Under the pieces are notes generated by a model. That model saw nothing but the letters and a program-made list of their open reading frames with translations, had not been told where the DNA came from and did no database searches. Of a stretch of DNA of 64,000 nucleotides, positions 36,673-46,695 are shown in pieces. The DNA comes from a virus, in IMG/VR virus record IMGVR_UViG_3300009605_004544, positions 1-64,000 of that record; one strand, given 5' to 3'. The number at the start of each line of letters is the position of its first letter. Within the stretch, counting starts at the first letter, position 1. The position numbers were made by a program, and so were the translations under genes.

Positions 36673-36703
36673 ACTTCCTTTTCCTTAGATAGTGAGAACC
36701 CAA

Positions 36704-37039
36704 ATGGTAGCCATCGCCAAAGGTAATCCATACGTAAAGGATGTGATTTTTTTCTTAGCGGCAATTGTGGTTAGCATGTCAGGCTTTTGGATGATGACGG
36801 GAAGAGACCTTATTACTCGTGACGAGGCTAGGCTTCTAGTTCAACAACAAACAATAGCTATGCAAACTAAGCTAGAGCTATATCATGAGGCGTTGCTAGA
36901 TCAAGAAGATAGAATCGCCAGACAGGAAGAAAAGCTACAGACAGTTTTAGAAAAAAATACTGAAGCTATTAATGCGCTTAAAGTCCAAATTGCTACTCTA
37001 AGCCAATCCCTAGAGATGCTCACGGGTAGAAAACCATGA
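36704..37039 (+). CDS. Single-TM coiled-coil protein (holin/hemolysin-like?)
   Basis: TM VIFFLAAIVVSMSGFWMM, then heptad repeats. Confidence 0.6.
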   Translation: MVAIAKGNPYVKDVIFFLAAIVVSMSGFWMMTGRDLITRDEARLLVQQQTIAMQTKLELYHEALLDQEDRIARQEEKLQTVLEKNTEAINALKVQIATLSQSLEMLTGRKP

Positions 37040-37650
37040 ATATACTACCGTATGCAGAAGCCCGACCTCTAATCCAAGAGGGTGACGTTCTCTTGTTTCG
37101 TGGCAAAGGGCTAATATCTTGGTTAATCAAAAGATATGGCAGCGGAGTTCACAGTCATGCAGCTATAGCCCATTGGGATGATGACAATTTAGGATGCGTT
37201 GAATTCAGAGAGTTCCGAGGGGGAAGGGCTGTTTCCCTAAAAACTCAGATTGAAACACATCCCAACAATATAGACGTTTTTAGAGCCGCTAACGTGATTC
37301 AATACGGGGATGAACGTTTTGAATTTACCAACGAAACGGCTAAAGCAGTTAGCAATATTATGATAGACCTGTCGGGACTCCCCTATGGGTGGAAAAATAT
37401 CTGTAAATTGATAAAGCACTATTTACCATTCTGGCGACTGGCCAAGCAAAACGTCAAGGATGACGATCCTACAAATGTTTTTGTTTGCAGCACTGCCGTT
37501 GCGTATGCATATCGGAAAGCGTATTTGGACCCGGTGCCATATTTAGCAGACTCGGCTGTGATGCCATCAGACTTGGCAAGATCTTCCCTGTTTAGATATC
37601 AATTTACTATTCAAAAGGACTGGTATAGGAACTATTTATATGACGAATAA
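37036..37650 (+). CDS. Permuted papain-like NlpC/P60 protein (YiiX/YebB, C92)
   Basis: GDVLLF, SHAAI (His), G.PY, VCS..VAYAY (Cys), P.DL. Confidence 0.82.
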   Translation: MNILPYAEARPLIQEGDVLLFRGKGLISWLIKRYGSGVHSHAAIAHWDDDNLGCVEFREFRGGRAVSLKTQIETHPNNIDVFRAANVIQYGDERFEFTNETAKAVSNIMIDLSGLPYGWKNICKLIKHYLPFWRLAKQNVKDDDPTNVFVCSTAVAYAYRKAYLDPVPYLADSAVMPSDLARSSLFRYQFTIQKDWYRNYLYDE

Positions 37651-37888
37651 AAAATCCAAAAAACCCCTCCATTTTTACAGAACAACCTTCGATCCCATGA
37701 TCGCTCGGCTGTATAATAATGTAGCTCAGGGGCGTAGCTGCCGACACTGCCACGGGAAAGGCTATTTCGTTTCTCAAGTGCCGCAGGATGACGCCACATC
37801 GCTTCGAAACGGGGAGCCTTATCAGAAAGTCCATTCGTATTGCCAATGTGTCCGGAGAAACATGAAGGACCAACTTAGGGAACAGTAA
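37640..37888 (+). CDS. Small Zn-finger protein
   Basis: CRHCHGKG...CQC. Confidence 0.7.
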   Translation: MTNKKSKKPLHFYRTTFDPMIARLYNNVAQGRSCRHCHGKGYFVSQVPQDDATSLRNGEPYQKVHSYCQCVRRNMKDQLREQ

Positions 37889-37908
37889 TTCTGTGAAGGG
37901 TTAGGAGA

Positions 37909-38502
37909 GTGAAGGAAAAGTTTATAAGGAAATACATGGGCCTTGCCAAGGTCATTGCCAACGACCAAAACCCATGCCTATCAAGAAGGGTGGGGGTCGT
38001 TGTGGTAGACCCCTCTACTAATGGCATTGTGGGGGCCGGATATAACGGGCCTCCTGAAGGAACCCCGCACTGTAATGACGTAAAATTTTTAAAGGGGTTC
38101 TTTTGGCCTCAACTCACAGCCAGAGAGAGAGCACAACTCTGTATCAGAAGCGACACAATGGATAGTCAGGATGTTGACGTAACTTGCGAGTTTCTTTCGA
38201 AGTGTAATGAATGTCCTCGCAACATGCTAGGCTACTCTTCAGGAAAAAGAGCCGAACTATGTTCGTGCCAACATGCGGAACGCAATGCTCTTAATAAACT
38301 GCCCATTCCAGCCAACGGTCTTGTTATGTTCTGCTGGTGTGGAGTCCCCTGCATACAGTGCGCGGGGTCTATTATAAACGCGGCCATCAAAGAAGTTCAC
38401 TGCTTGACAGAAAAAGATTATCACCCAACTTCTAGATGGCTTTTTGAGGAGGGTCGCACAGAACTTTTTGAACATGATATTGCAACATTGGAATTAAAAT
38501 AA
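37909..38502 (+). CDS. dCMP deaminase family
   Basis: C.SRRVG, GYNGPP.G.PHC, HAE.NA, PCIQC. Confidence 0.9.
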   Translation: MKEKFIRKYMGLAKVIANDQNPCLSRRVGVVVVDPSTNGIVGAGYNGPPEGTPHCNDVKFLKGFFWPQLTARERAQLCIRSDTMDSQDVDVTCEFLSKCNECPRNMLGYSSGKRAELCSCQHAERNALNKLPIPANGLVMFCWCGVPCIQCAGSIINAAIKEVHCLTEKDYHPTSRWLFEEGRTELFEHDIATLELK

Positions 38503-38520
38503 TAAGCAACGGAGTTTGCT

Positions 38521-41046
38521 ATGTCAGATAGATTTACTAATAGCTTTAGCTATGAAACATGGTATCAAAAGTATAAGTTCACCAACGATGAATGCGTAGA
38601 AGATACATGGCTCAGGGTAGCCAAAGACCTAGCATCAGTGGAAAAAAACCAAGAAGAGTGGACTGAAAAATTCTATGCGGCATTGGAAGACTTTAAGTTT
38701 GTCCCCGGAGGTCGCATCACCTCAAATGCAGGAACCTCATTAAAGGGTACTACCTATATTAATTGCTTCGTTGACGGATTTCAAGGTAAAGATCTCGATT
38801 CTATTGAAGGAATTTATGACACCTTATTACGTCAAGCTAAGATTCTTAAGAGCGAAGGCGGATACGGGTTTTGTGCTGACGTTCTGAGGCCCTGTGGCGC
38901 TCATATCGGAGGCATCGGGAACCAATCCCCCGGATCGGTTAAATTCTTAGAATTGTGGGATAAGTCTTCCGAGATTATCACGGCAGGCTCTGGCAAGCAA
39001 TCAAGAAAAGGCCAGAAAAACTTCATCCGTAAGGGTGCGCAAATGGTCACTCTAAGTTGCTGGCATCCTGACGTAGTGGAATTCATTGAGGCTAAGAAAA
39101 CTCCGGGGCGATTGTCTAAGTTTAATATGTCAGTTCTATGCACCGACGATCTCATGACCGCCGTTGCTATTGACCTTCCATGGAAGCTAGTTTTTCCAAA
39201 CTATGAGGCCTTCCCTTCAGAATATAAAGAGCATTGGAATGGTGATATCCAAGCATGGCTCTCGCTGTTTGAAGATATCGATCATGAAGAATCCCCTTTA
39301 GTTACCTACCATGAGTTTGATTCTGCTCGTGAATTGTGGGATCTTATAATGCAAAATACGTACAACCGAAACGAACCGGGCGTTTTGTTTGTGGACAGTA
39401 TGAATCGTATGAATAATTTGTATTATTGCGAATCGATTAATGCCACTAACCCATGCGGAGAACAGGCATTGCCTATTGGGGGAGTGTGCTTACTCGGCTC
39501 TATCAATCTGGTTCATTTCATCGATCCGGTCAAAAAGGACTGGAAGTATCGTGACTTGAAAGAGACTATTTTTACAGCCGTTAGATTTATGGACAACGTT
39601 AACGATAAAACATACGTGCCTCTAAAAACTCAAAAAGATAATCTGAAAAATAAAAGACGTGTCGGCTTAGGTGTTTTAGGCTATGGGTCCGCATTGCTAA
39701 TGGCGCATGTCAAGTACGGTAGCAAAAAAGCACTAGAGATGACAGAAAGCTTAATGAAGTTTTTCACCAACGAGGCCTACAAGGCGTCCGCTCAAATTGC
39801 AAAAGAGAAGGGAACCTTCCCCCTTTACGATAAGGACCGGTACCTTAAGGGCGAGTTTATTAAAAGGCTCGACAGGAGCACCGTCAATTTAATTAAAGAG
39901 CACGGTGTTCGCAATTCTCATGTTACCTCCATACAACCCACGGGGAATAGCTCTTGTTTTGCCAACCTTGTAAGCGGTGGCTTAGAACCCCTCTTCATGC
40001 ACGGGTATGTAAGAACCTCGATACAGCCTAATGCCCCGGAAGGGCTTTCTGTCCCAAAGGGCGTCGATTGGGAGAATAAAACTTTTGACTTACTACAAGT
40101 CCCAGACACTGGATTTAACTGGACTTGGGTAAAGGAAGGGGATGAGCACTTATTAGCCACGACCTTTGAAGATAAAACTTGGAAGTTTGACAGGACTCGG
40201 GGCTTACTGAAGGAAGAGTGGGTAGAAGATTATGGGGTTACTTATTTAAAGAATACGGATAGATGGAACCCAGAGGCAGGATGGGCCTCTTGCACCATGG
40301 ATTTAGACGTTGACGCCCATGTGAATACGATGTCGATTTTCGCCCAATGGGTTGACTCTGCAATCTCCAAAACTATTAATTTGCGTAATGACTACTTATA
40401 CGACGACTTTAAAAAGATCTACAATAAGGCTTGGGAAAATGGCATCAAGGGATTTACCACTTACAGGGCAGGAACCATGACATCTGTTTTGTCCGCTTCG
40501 TCATCTATCAACAACGCTCCATGCGGGGCATGTCATACAACGACCCCCTCCAAAAGGCCAAGAGAGCTACCCTGTGACGTGCATCATATCAAGGTCAAGG
40601 GGGAGCAATATTTTGTGTTTGTTGGAATACTAGACAATGATGTATATGAAGTATTTGCAGGCAAGAACGGCTTTATTGACAAGAAAGTTAAGTCTGGAAC
40701 TATCGTGAAGCTCGGGAGGCCCAAGGGCGTCTACAAAGCCATGTTGGAAAATGGATTGGAACTCTCACCTATTAACGCTACTTGCACCGAAGAGGAAGAC
40801 GCTCTGACGAGGATGACTTCCATGACTCTTCGGCACGGTGCGAATGTTCACATGGTAGTGCAACAATTAGAAAGGGTAAGAGGAGACATGACTTGTTTTG
40901 CAAAGAGTATGGCCAGAGCACTCAAGAAATATATACCGGATGGAACCAAGGAGGAAGGGGCGTGCCCCGAATGTGAAAGTAGGGAGTTGATACGTCAGGA
41001 AGGCTGCATTACTTGCACCCAATGTGCATGGTCTAAATGCGTGTAA
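38521..41046 (+). CDS. nrdJ: Class II (adenosylcobalamin-dependent) ribonucleotide reductase with TSCPD domain
   Basis: PGGR, NCFV, HPDV.EFI, EPG, TNPCGE, C.LGSINL, PTG, SKTIN, KG.T.YR, C-terminal CPEC..EGC.TC..C.WSKC; no intein. Confidence 0.92.
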   Translation: MSDRFTNSFSYETWYQKYKFTNDECVEDTWLRVAKDLASVEKNQEEWTEKFYAALEDFKFVPGGRITSNAGTSLKGTTYINCFVDGFQGKDLDSIEGIYDTLLRQAKILKSEGGYGFCADVLRPCGAHIGGIGNQSPGSVKFLELWDKSSEIITAGSGKQSRKGQKNFIRKGAQMVTLSCWHPDVVEFIEAKKTPGRLSKFNMSVLCTDDLMTAVAIDLPWKLVFPNYEAFPSEYKEHWNGDIQAWLSLFEDIDHEESPLVTYHEFDSARELWDLIMQNTYNRNEPGVLFVDSMNRMNNLYYCESINATNPCGEQALPIGGVCLLGSINLVHFIDPVKKDWKYRDLKETIFTAVRFMDNVNDKTYVPLKTQKDNLKNKRRVGLGVLGYGSALLMAHVKYGSKKALEMTESLMKFFTNEAYKASAQIAKEKGTFPLYDKDRYLKGEFIKRLDRSTVNLIKEHGVRNSHVTSIQPTGNSSCFANLVSGGLEPLFMHGYVRTSIQPNAPEGLSVPKGVDWENKTFDLLQVPDTGFNWTWVKEGDEHLLATTFEDKTWKFDRTRGLLKEEWVEDYGVTYLKNTDRWNPEAGWASCTMDLDVDAHVNTMSIFAQWVDSAISKTINLRNDYLYDDFKKIYNKAWENGIKGFTTYRAGTMTSVLSASSSINNAPCGACHTTTPSKRPRELPCDVHHIKVKGEQYFVFVGILDNDVYEVFAGKNGFIDKKVKSGTIVKLGRPKGVYKAMLENGLELSPINATCTEEEDALTRMTSMTLRHGANVHMVVQQLERVRGDMTCFAKSMARALKKYIPDGTKEEGACPECESRELIRQEGCITCTQCAWSKCV

Positions 41047-41070
41047 TTTTACTATATTAATCCTAAGATC

Positions 41071-41397
41071 ATGCATAGAATTATACTTCATATTTGTTGT
41101 GCTCTGATCGTAGCAATTTCGGCAATAGATACTTATTGGCTGAGTAAAGCGAGAAGCTATATCGAGGAAGTGGAGCAAAACCCAATTGGCCAATACCTGA
41201 TCTCTCTAGACAATGGAGACGTATCACTCTTTATTTTGTGCAAGTTCTTAGGAACCTATATCGCAGTAGCAGCAACGTATATAATCTACAAAAAATACCC
41301 CAAGCACGGGATGGTGACGGCAGTCTCCCTCGCCATTGCGCAGATTTGGTTGCTCCTGTACCTTTATTGTGGGCCGATTTCGAAACTCTGGGGGTAG
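41071..41397 (+). CDS. DUF5658-like membrane protein
   Basis: D...L....E.NP.G..L.....F...K pattern with 3 TMs. Confidence 0.6.
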   Translation: MHRIILHICCALIVAISAIDTYWLSKARSYIEEVEQNPIGQYLISLDNGDVSLFILCKFLGTYIAVAATYIIYKKYPKHGMVTAVSLAIAQIWLLLYLYCGPISKLWG

Positions 41398-41416
41398 AAT
41401 TTAAGGGAAATAAACG

Positions 41417-41800
41417 ATGCCAGAATATATATTTCGTTGCAATCATTGCGAGATTAATTTTTCACATACTTGCAGTATGTCAGAATTCACTAAGAGAAAA
41501 TATTTTAGATGCCCAGAATGCCATAAAAAAGGAGAGCGAGATTTCTCTTTCGATGACATTGGAGGGTCGGTGACAAGGTCTTTATCTGAATGTAAAACCA
41601 TAGGCCATTATGCAGAAAAACAATCTGCAAAATATAGCAAGCGGCAAATAGAAGATATGCAGGAAAGTTTTAAAACAAAGAAAACGTCGGGCATGGAACA
41701 GTTACCAGAAGGCATGAGCCGTATAGAAAAACCACAGGAAAGTACCCAGTGGGCACGTAAAGAGAAAAAGACAAGAGATATTAAGAGAAAGAGGAGATAA
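41417..41800 (+). CDS. FmdB-family Zn-ribbon protein
   Basis: MPEY.F.C..C...F......CPEC. Confidence 0.85.
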   Translation: MPEYIFRCNHCEINFSHTCSMSEFTKRKYFRCPECHKKGERDFSFDDIGGSVTRSLSECKTIGHYAEKQSAKYSKRQIEDMQESFKTKKTSGMEQLPEGMSRIEKPQESTQWARKEKKTRDIKRKRR

Positions 41801-41801
41801 C

Positions 41802-42224
41802 ATGGCAAAAAAGAAAGATCCCAACGAAGGATTTCACGTCATAGATAAAAGTAAAAAAGGCAAGGAGCCTAAGCGAGTGGAGGTTATCTATACTGTCTCT
41901 GGTAAGCATGATTATCTAGAAGACAAGAAATATCCCGCAGTAAAATTAGACTCTAACGAAGCAAAAGAATCTGCCATTGCCCATGCTATGAAAATTACTA
42001 TTGGTGCAAGAACCAAATATTACGCCAAGCGAGGCAAGCATGGACGGTTGTTTAATCCGGTAGGCATGTTTAGCGAAGGAATGGGTAGTAAGCGGATGCC
42101 CCATGCGGGGAGACCGGAGTGGAGATTCGTAGAAATTGGAGAAAGAGCATTTAGATTTTATAGAGACTTTTTAAGAACTAAAAATATTGCATACCTACAT
42201 AATGCAGAAAGAGAGCTACTATGA
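41802..42224 (+). CDS. Basic hypothetical protein
   Basis: GAGGAG RBS; LFNP, F..Y..FL.TKN..YL..AERE. Confidence 0.75.
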   Translation: MAKKKDPNEGFHVIDKSKKGKEPKRVEVIYTVSGKHDYLEDKKYPAVKLDSNEAKESAIAHAMKITIGARTKYYAKRGKHGRLFNPVGMFSEGMGSKRMPHAGRPEWRFVEIGERAFRFYRDFLRTKNIAYLHNAERELL

Positions 42225-42544
42225 AAAAGGGCAAGATTACAGAAGTAGAGATTTCCTGCCTTAAAGGAATGGCTATGGACAATGTCTCAGCAGAAGAAAT
42301 GGCGAAACAACTTAACAGGAGCGTTGAGACGATTCAAAAGGAGCTAGATCGCATTAGCGACAAAGTTCTGAGGGATCAAATGCTTATTACAAAGACTGCC
42401 GGTGGCGTTCCCGGTGTTGCGGTCATGACCAAAGCAGGATCATTGCGAGCGGATGAGAATAAAAATGAGCCTCTCTCCACTACGATACCACGCAAGGGAG
42501 ACCGTGGCGAATGGGTTCACAAGATTCGACCTGATGAAGAATAG
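42221..42544 (+). CDS. HTH-containing hypothetical protein
   Basis: SAEEMAKQLNRSVETIQKEL. Confidence 0.65.
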   Translation: MKKGKITEVEISCLKGMAMDNVSAEEMAKQLNRSVETIQKELDRISDKVLRDQMLITKTAGGVPGVAVMTKAGSLRADENKNEPLSTTIPRKGDRGEWVHKIRPDEE

Positions 42545-42989
42545 AACAGAATCTAGACGTTACCCATCTCGCTATTCTCCAGATGTGGATGAAAATGGAG
42601 TTGCATGGATAACTGGCCGTCAATATATTGTAGAGATGGTATGTGAAAATAAAGCGGCTAAAGATATAAAGGAACTACCTCGCGGCTTCTATACCAAAGA
42701 GTTGCAGCTTTCAGATTGGCAGAAATTCTACAGGGAACAAATTAATAACCGTAGTCTAACAAAGCTTATTGACAAGCACGGTGTTGATAAAATCATTGCG
42801 TTCTTAAAAACCAACAAATATGTCATGAGTCTAAGGCCGAAATGGGTTCACGAGAAAATTGAAGAGTATACTTATGTAGAGCGCACAGCTAGTAAAGAAG
42901 AGCTATCTTATGATTTTCATAGCAAAGAAAACTTTACCAGTAATAACAAAAAGAGATCTATCATTTCCAAATTAGAGGAATTGGAATGA
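42534..42989 (+). CDS. Hypothetical protein
   Basis: ATG 42534 is the likely start; ATGA-coupled to recA. Confidence 0.7.
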   Translation: MKNRTESRRYPSRYSPDVDENGVAWITGRQYIVEMVCENKAAKDIKELPRGFYTKELQLSDWQKFYREQINNRSLTKLIDKHGVDKIIAFLKTNKYVMSLRPKWVHEKIEEYTYVERTASKEELSYDFHSKENFTSNNKKRSIISKLEELE

Positions 42990-43963
42990 CGAAGGATATC
43001 ATTAAGGAATATGGGGACGTTATCCATGACCCGTCTTCGATAACCAATCAAGAACTAGAGATCATATCGGTTAGTCCCAAGATTGACATTGCCTTGGGTG
43101 GGGGCGTCCCCGAAGGCTCCCTTTTTATACTGACGGGTCCAGAAAAGGTCGGCAAGACAGTTACCGCCCTCACCTTTTGTGCCAACGCTCAAAGCCTTAA
43201 ACGCAAAGTTTATTATGGCAACATTGAGGGACGGTTAAGAAAGAGAGATATAGAGGGGATTTCTGGCATTAATATGGACCCGGAGTATCTCGAAATCATA
43301 GGATCGACACAGGGTAATATACTTTCTGCTGAAAAATATCTTAGCATCTTTGACCAATTGATTCATACGCAGCCCGACTGCATATGTATTGTTGATTCCT
43401 TTTCGGCTCTCGCCAGCGATGCAGAACTGACGGGGGATTTAAGCGACCAACAAGTAATGAGCGTTCAAAAGGTGTTGGCTAAATTCTGTAGGAGAATTTC
43501 TAACGTGCTCCCTATCAATAAAGTTACGGTTGTTGGGATCACGCATCTAATGGCTAATGTCAACAAGTTCGGAAGAGGCAAAACTAAGGTAGAAAAATCG
43601 GGAACCGCCTTAAAATATCAGGTTGATGTTAAGCTGCACGCTACGCACATCACTCCCATATTACAGGGAGAGACTCAAATTGGTCAGACCGTGCATTGGC
43701 AAGTTGTTACCTCTGCTATTGGCCCTCCGGGGCAGAAAGTGACCAGTCATATTAAATATGGCCGAGGTATCTGGAAGGAGATGGAGCTTGCGGATCTGCT
43801 TGTAGATTTCGGCTTAGTGCAAAAAAGCGGATCTTGGCTCACCCTCCCAAACGAGGAAAAGCTACAGGGAAAGAATAATTTAGCTGCGTACCTAGAGGAA
43901 AACCCAAACGAGTATATCAAATTTGAAAATGACATTTTTTCTATGATTGGAATTGAAAGGTAA
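42986..43963 (+). CDS. recA: RecA/UvsX-like recombinase
   Basis: DIALGGGVP.G, GPEKVGKT, IVDS..AL, G.ALKY, YG.GI, KSGSW. Confidence 0.88.
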   Translation: MTKDIIKEYGDVIHDPSSITNQELEIISVSPKIDIALGGGVPEGSLFILTGPEKVGKTVTALTFCANAQSLKRKVYYGNIEGRLRKRDIEGISGINMDPEYLEIIGSTQGNILSAEKYLSIFDQLIHTQPDCICIVDSFSALASDAELTGDLSDQQVMSVQKVLAKFCRRISNVLPINKVTVVGITHLMANVNKFGRGKTKVEKSGTALKYQVDVKLHATHITPILQGETQIGQTVHWQVVTSAIGPPGQKVTSHIKYGRGIWKEMELADLLVDFGLVQKSGSWLTLPNEEKLQGKNNLAAYLEENPNEYIKFENDIFSMIGIER

Positions 43964-43967
43964 GACA

Positions 43968-44963
43968 ATGATAAAGACAATTTTTACGGCTGCGTTAATT
44001 TTCTTGGCAAGTACCGTTAATGTGGTTGCTGAAGATCCGGTTGTTACTTTGGGGCCACCCGCAACTAATGGAAAAGAAGCACCAGAGTCAATTGCCGCAA
44101 GACTATATCAACACCTACAGGACGTTTCTGTTACTGTCAAGACACAGAGCGGGGAAGGCTCTGGCGTTATCGTAACACGAGAAGTCGAAGTTTCCCCGAA
44201 CGTCAAACAGAAGGTTAATTTTGTGTGGACAGCAGCCCACGTTGTAGATGGGCTTCGCTCTGTTAGAACGATTATCAAGGATGGGCAATCTAGAAAAGTG
44301 GTTGAGTTCAAAGATGCTCAAATCGTTCAGGAGTTAGTCGAAGACGGTCGTCGCGTTGGCGAAATGAAGATGGAAGCCAAGGTGATCAAATACAGTGATT
44401 CTGAGAACGGCGAAGACTTGGCCCTTTTGATGATTCGGAAGAAGGGCTTTATCGATAAGTCCGTCACCTTCTATAAGGGCAAAGGTAGGCCAGTTGCTAT
44501 TGGCACTGAACTATACCACGTCGGCTCATTACTAGGTCAAACTGGCTCGAATTCGATGACGAGAGGAATTTGCTCTCAAGTTGGAAGAGTTCTTGACTTG
44601 GGGAATGGAGATGGAGTAGTCTTTGATCAAACTACAGTGACTGCGTTTCCGGGGTCCAGCGGCGGCGGGGTTTTCCTGAGCGAAAGGTCTGGTGAAAAGG
44701 CTGGCCAGTACATGGGGATGCTCGTTCGTGGTGCTGGAGAAACTTTTAATCTTATTGTTCCAATTCGCAGAATGAGGAGCTATGCTACAAAAGAAGGCAT
44801 CTTGTGGGCTATTGATACAGACGTTAAGATTCCTTCTATCAAAGAAATTACTTCCATGCCTGCTGAAGGCCCAAAATCTACACCCAGCCCCGGAACCAAG
44901 GCTACTAAAGATACTGTTAAATTCCCCGTCCTTCCCCTGAGAAAAGAAGAGAATGAAGACTAG
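43968..44963 (+). CDS. Secreted trypsin-like serine protease
   Basis: Signal peptide; GSGV, TAAHVV, DLALL, PGSSGGG. Confidence 0.85.
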   Translation: MIKTIFTAALIFLASTVNVVAEDPVVTLGPPATNGKEAPESIAARLYQHLQDVSVTVKTQSGEGSGVIVTREVEVSPNVKQKVNFVWTAAHVVDGLRSVRTIIKDGQSRKVVEFKDAQIVQELVEDGRRVGEMKMEAKVIKYSDSENGEDLALLMIRKKGFIDKSVTFYKGKGRPVAIGTELYHVGSLLGQTGSNSMTRGICSQVGRVLDLGNGDGVVFDQTTVTAFPGSSGGGVFLSERSGEKAGQYMGMLVRGAGETFNLIVPIRRMRSYATKEGILWAIDTDVKIPSIKEITSMPAEGPKSTPSPGTKATKDTVKFPVLPLRKEENED

Positions 44964-45369
44964 GAGTTTAGACGGAGGTATCCATAAATGGAAGATTGAG
45001 AGCAGCTTGATCCGGGGAAACGAGGAAAGACCCCGATCTAAGCTACATCTAGCTGCTCGCTCTCTTCTAAAAGAGATATATCCAACGTTACAAATCTGCG
45101 AAGAGATACCGGTTCGTATCAGGCGTGACAAAAAGGCAATCATTGATTTTTATATCAATACGATCAAGACTGTAATCGAAGTTCATGGAGAGCAACATTA
45201 TAAATTTAACTCTCTATATCATACTTGCGCTCAAGACTTTTTAAACCAAAAGAAAAGAGATTCTGAACTTATAGATTGGTGCATTCTTAATAATTTGAAT
45301 TATGTAGAGTTGCCATTCAACGAAAATAGGAAGCAATGGAAAATAAGAATTCAGCCAAAGAGCAGCTAG
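44953..45369 (+). CDS. PD-(D/E)XK / Vsr-like (DUF559-like) endonuclease
   Basis: IDFY, IEVHGEQHY, RD...WC..N. Confidence 0.78.
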   Translation: MKTRSLDGGIHKWKIESSLIRGNEERPRSKLHLAARSLLKEIYPTLQICEEIPVRIRRDKKAIIDFYINTIKTVIEVHGEQHYKFNSLYHTCAQDFLNQKKRDSELIDWCILNNLNYVELPFNENRKQWKIRIQPKSS

Positions 45370-45824
45370 AAAAACTGGACTCTGTTTTAGACGAATATGA
45401 ATCTTCCCTAGGGATTCCTGTATTTAATAGCGATTTTTATGATGACACCGCAAAAAACTATTTACAGCTATCTCGTAACCAAATAGAAAAGCTTACTCCT
45501 GAGCAATGCGCAGAGGCAGCCCTCCTTTTAGCTTCTCTATCCTTCCATTTACAAAGAAGCTATAATCGGGAAATAGCAAGAGTTAATTGGGCAGACCAAG
45601 TTCTGAAGAGCGCAGTTGCTGGTAGAGAGCAGCAATACAGGGGGTCATGGGAAAGTCAGTTCAATCAGGCAGTCGGAGAAGACAGTTATACTAGAAAGGT
45701 CTTGACCATAAAAAGGTACGCCCAGCAAAGAGCCGACCGCGTGAATTATCTATCCTCTTCAGTTAAGAACATCGGTGATATCTTTCTTAGTGTTCAAAGA
45801 TCAAAGGCGTTTAAAAATGGATAA
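45336..45824 (+). CDS. Helical hypothetical protein (UvsY-like mediator?)
   Basis: All-alpha; located between recA and dnaB. Confidence 0.6.
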   Translation: MENKNSAKEQLEKLDSVLDEYESSLGIPVFNSDFYDDTAKNYLQLSRNQIEKLTPEQCAEAALLLASLSFHLQRSYNREIARVNWADQVLKSAVAGREQQYRGSWESQFNQAVGEDSYTRKVLTIKRYAQQRADRVNYLSSSVKNIGDIFLSVQRSKAFKNG

Positions 45825-46242
45825 TCAAGACCCCAAAGACCTTCAACAGATAATTGATTTGTTATCTGCCGAACAATTAGAGGGCTTAAAAAAGATTCTT
45901 TCTTCAGGGTCAAAGAAGCCTAAGAAAAAAAGGAGAGGGAGGGGTAAGCGAAAAAAAACTCAGGCACCTCCATCGGCAAAGGCTGGAAATAAGCCCCCCT
46001 TTCTTGACGGCATTTCGCTCACTCCTGACGAACAGAAAGAAATGATCGAGGCTTCTCAATTTGACAAAGAGAAAGGGCTTGACAGGCCGAAAGATGGTGG
46101 TATAATCCCACAGGCTCCTTCTTTCCAGAAGGTTCCTATTCAGTGCAGAATCTGCGGCAAATCATTTGAAGTTTCCGCAGCGCTGATACCTCCCGAAAAA
46201 GACAGGTTTAAATGTAACAAATGTTCATGTAGTGCAGGTTAA
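45817..46242 (+). CDS. Hypothetical protein with basic tract and C-terminal Zn ribbon
   Basis: KKPKKKRRGRGKRKK; CRICG...CNKC. Confidence 0.7.
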   Translation: MDNQDPKDLQQIIDLLSAEQLEGLKKILSSGSKKPKKKRRGRGKRKKTQAPPSAKAGNKPPFLDGISLTPDEQKEMIEASQFDKEKGLDRPKDGGIIPQAPSFQKVPIQCRICGKSFEVSAALIPPEKDRFKCNKCSCSAG

Positions 46243-46260
46243 AAAATAAGGAGAAAAAAA

Positions 46261-46695
46261 ATGAGTGTCAAAGCTAAGACGTTAACTACCCTCTGCTTTA
46301 TCTTTACCGCAGCAATATCAGTAACGGCGGGTTATTTTTATGGTTCTCTGGAACGAACACGGATTGACTCCGAGCGAGTCGCCCAAGAACAACAAGCAGC
46401 GTTTGAAGAGGCCTCTACTGAGGAACTGAATTCAATTTACCGATTACTAACCGCTGCCGCTTTCACCAATCGAACCAATATGAATCTGTCAGCGAAGACT
46501 AATCATTATATTACTCATCCGCAAGGCAAAGAGGGTCATCGCCCCAGTGTTGCTTGCGACCAATGCTGGGAGCACCTTGAAAACGTAGTCAAAAACATGC
46601 CCCAAATGGACGATGCTAACGAAGCCTATTTTAACGCTTTCTATCGAAAGCCTTACGAACAACTTAAGAAGATGCGAAAGGAAAACAAGAAATGA
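46261..46695 (+). CDS. N-terminal TM hypothetical protein
   Basis: AAGGAG RBS; TM; CDQC. Confidence 0.7.
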   Translation: MSVKAKTLTTLCFIFTAAISVTAGYFYGSLERTRIDSERVAQEQQAAFEEASTEELNSIYRLLTAAAFTNRTNMNLSAKTNHYITHPQGKEGHRPSVACDQCWEHLENVVKNMPQMDDANEAYFNAFYRKPYEQLKKMRKENKK

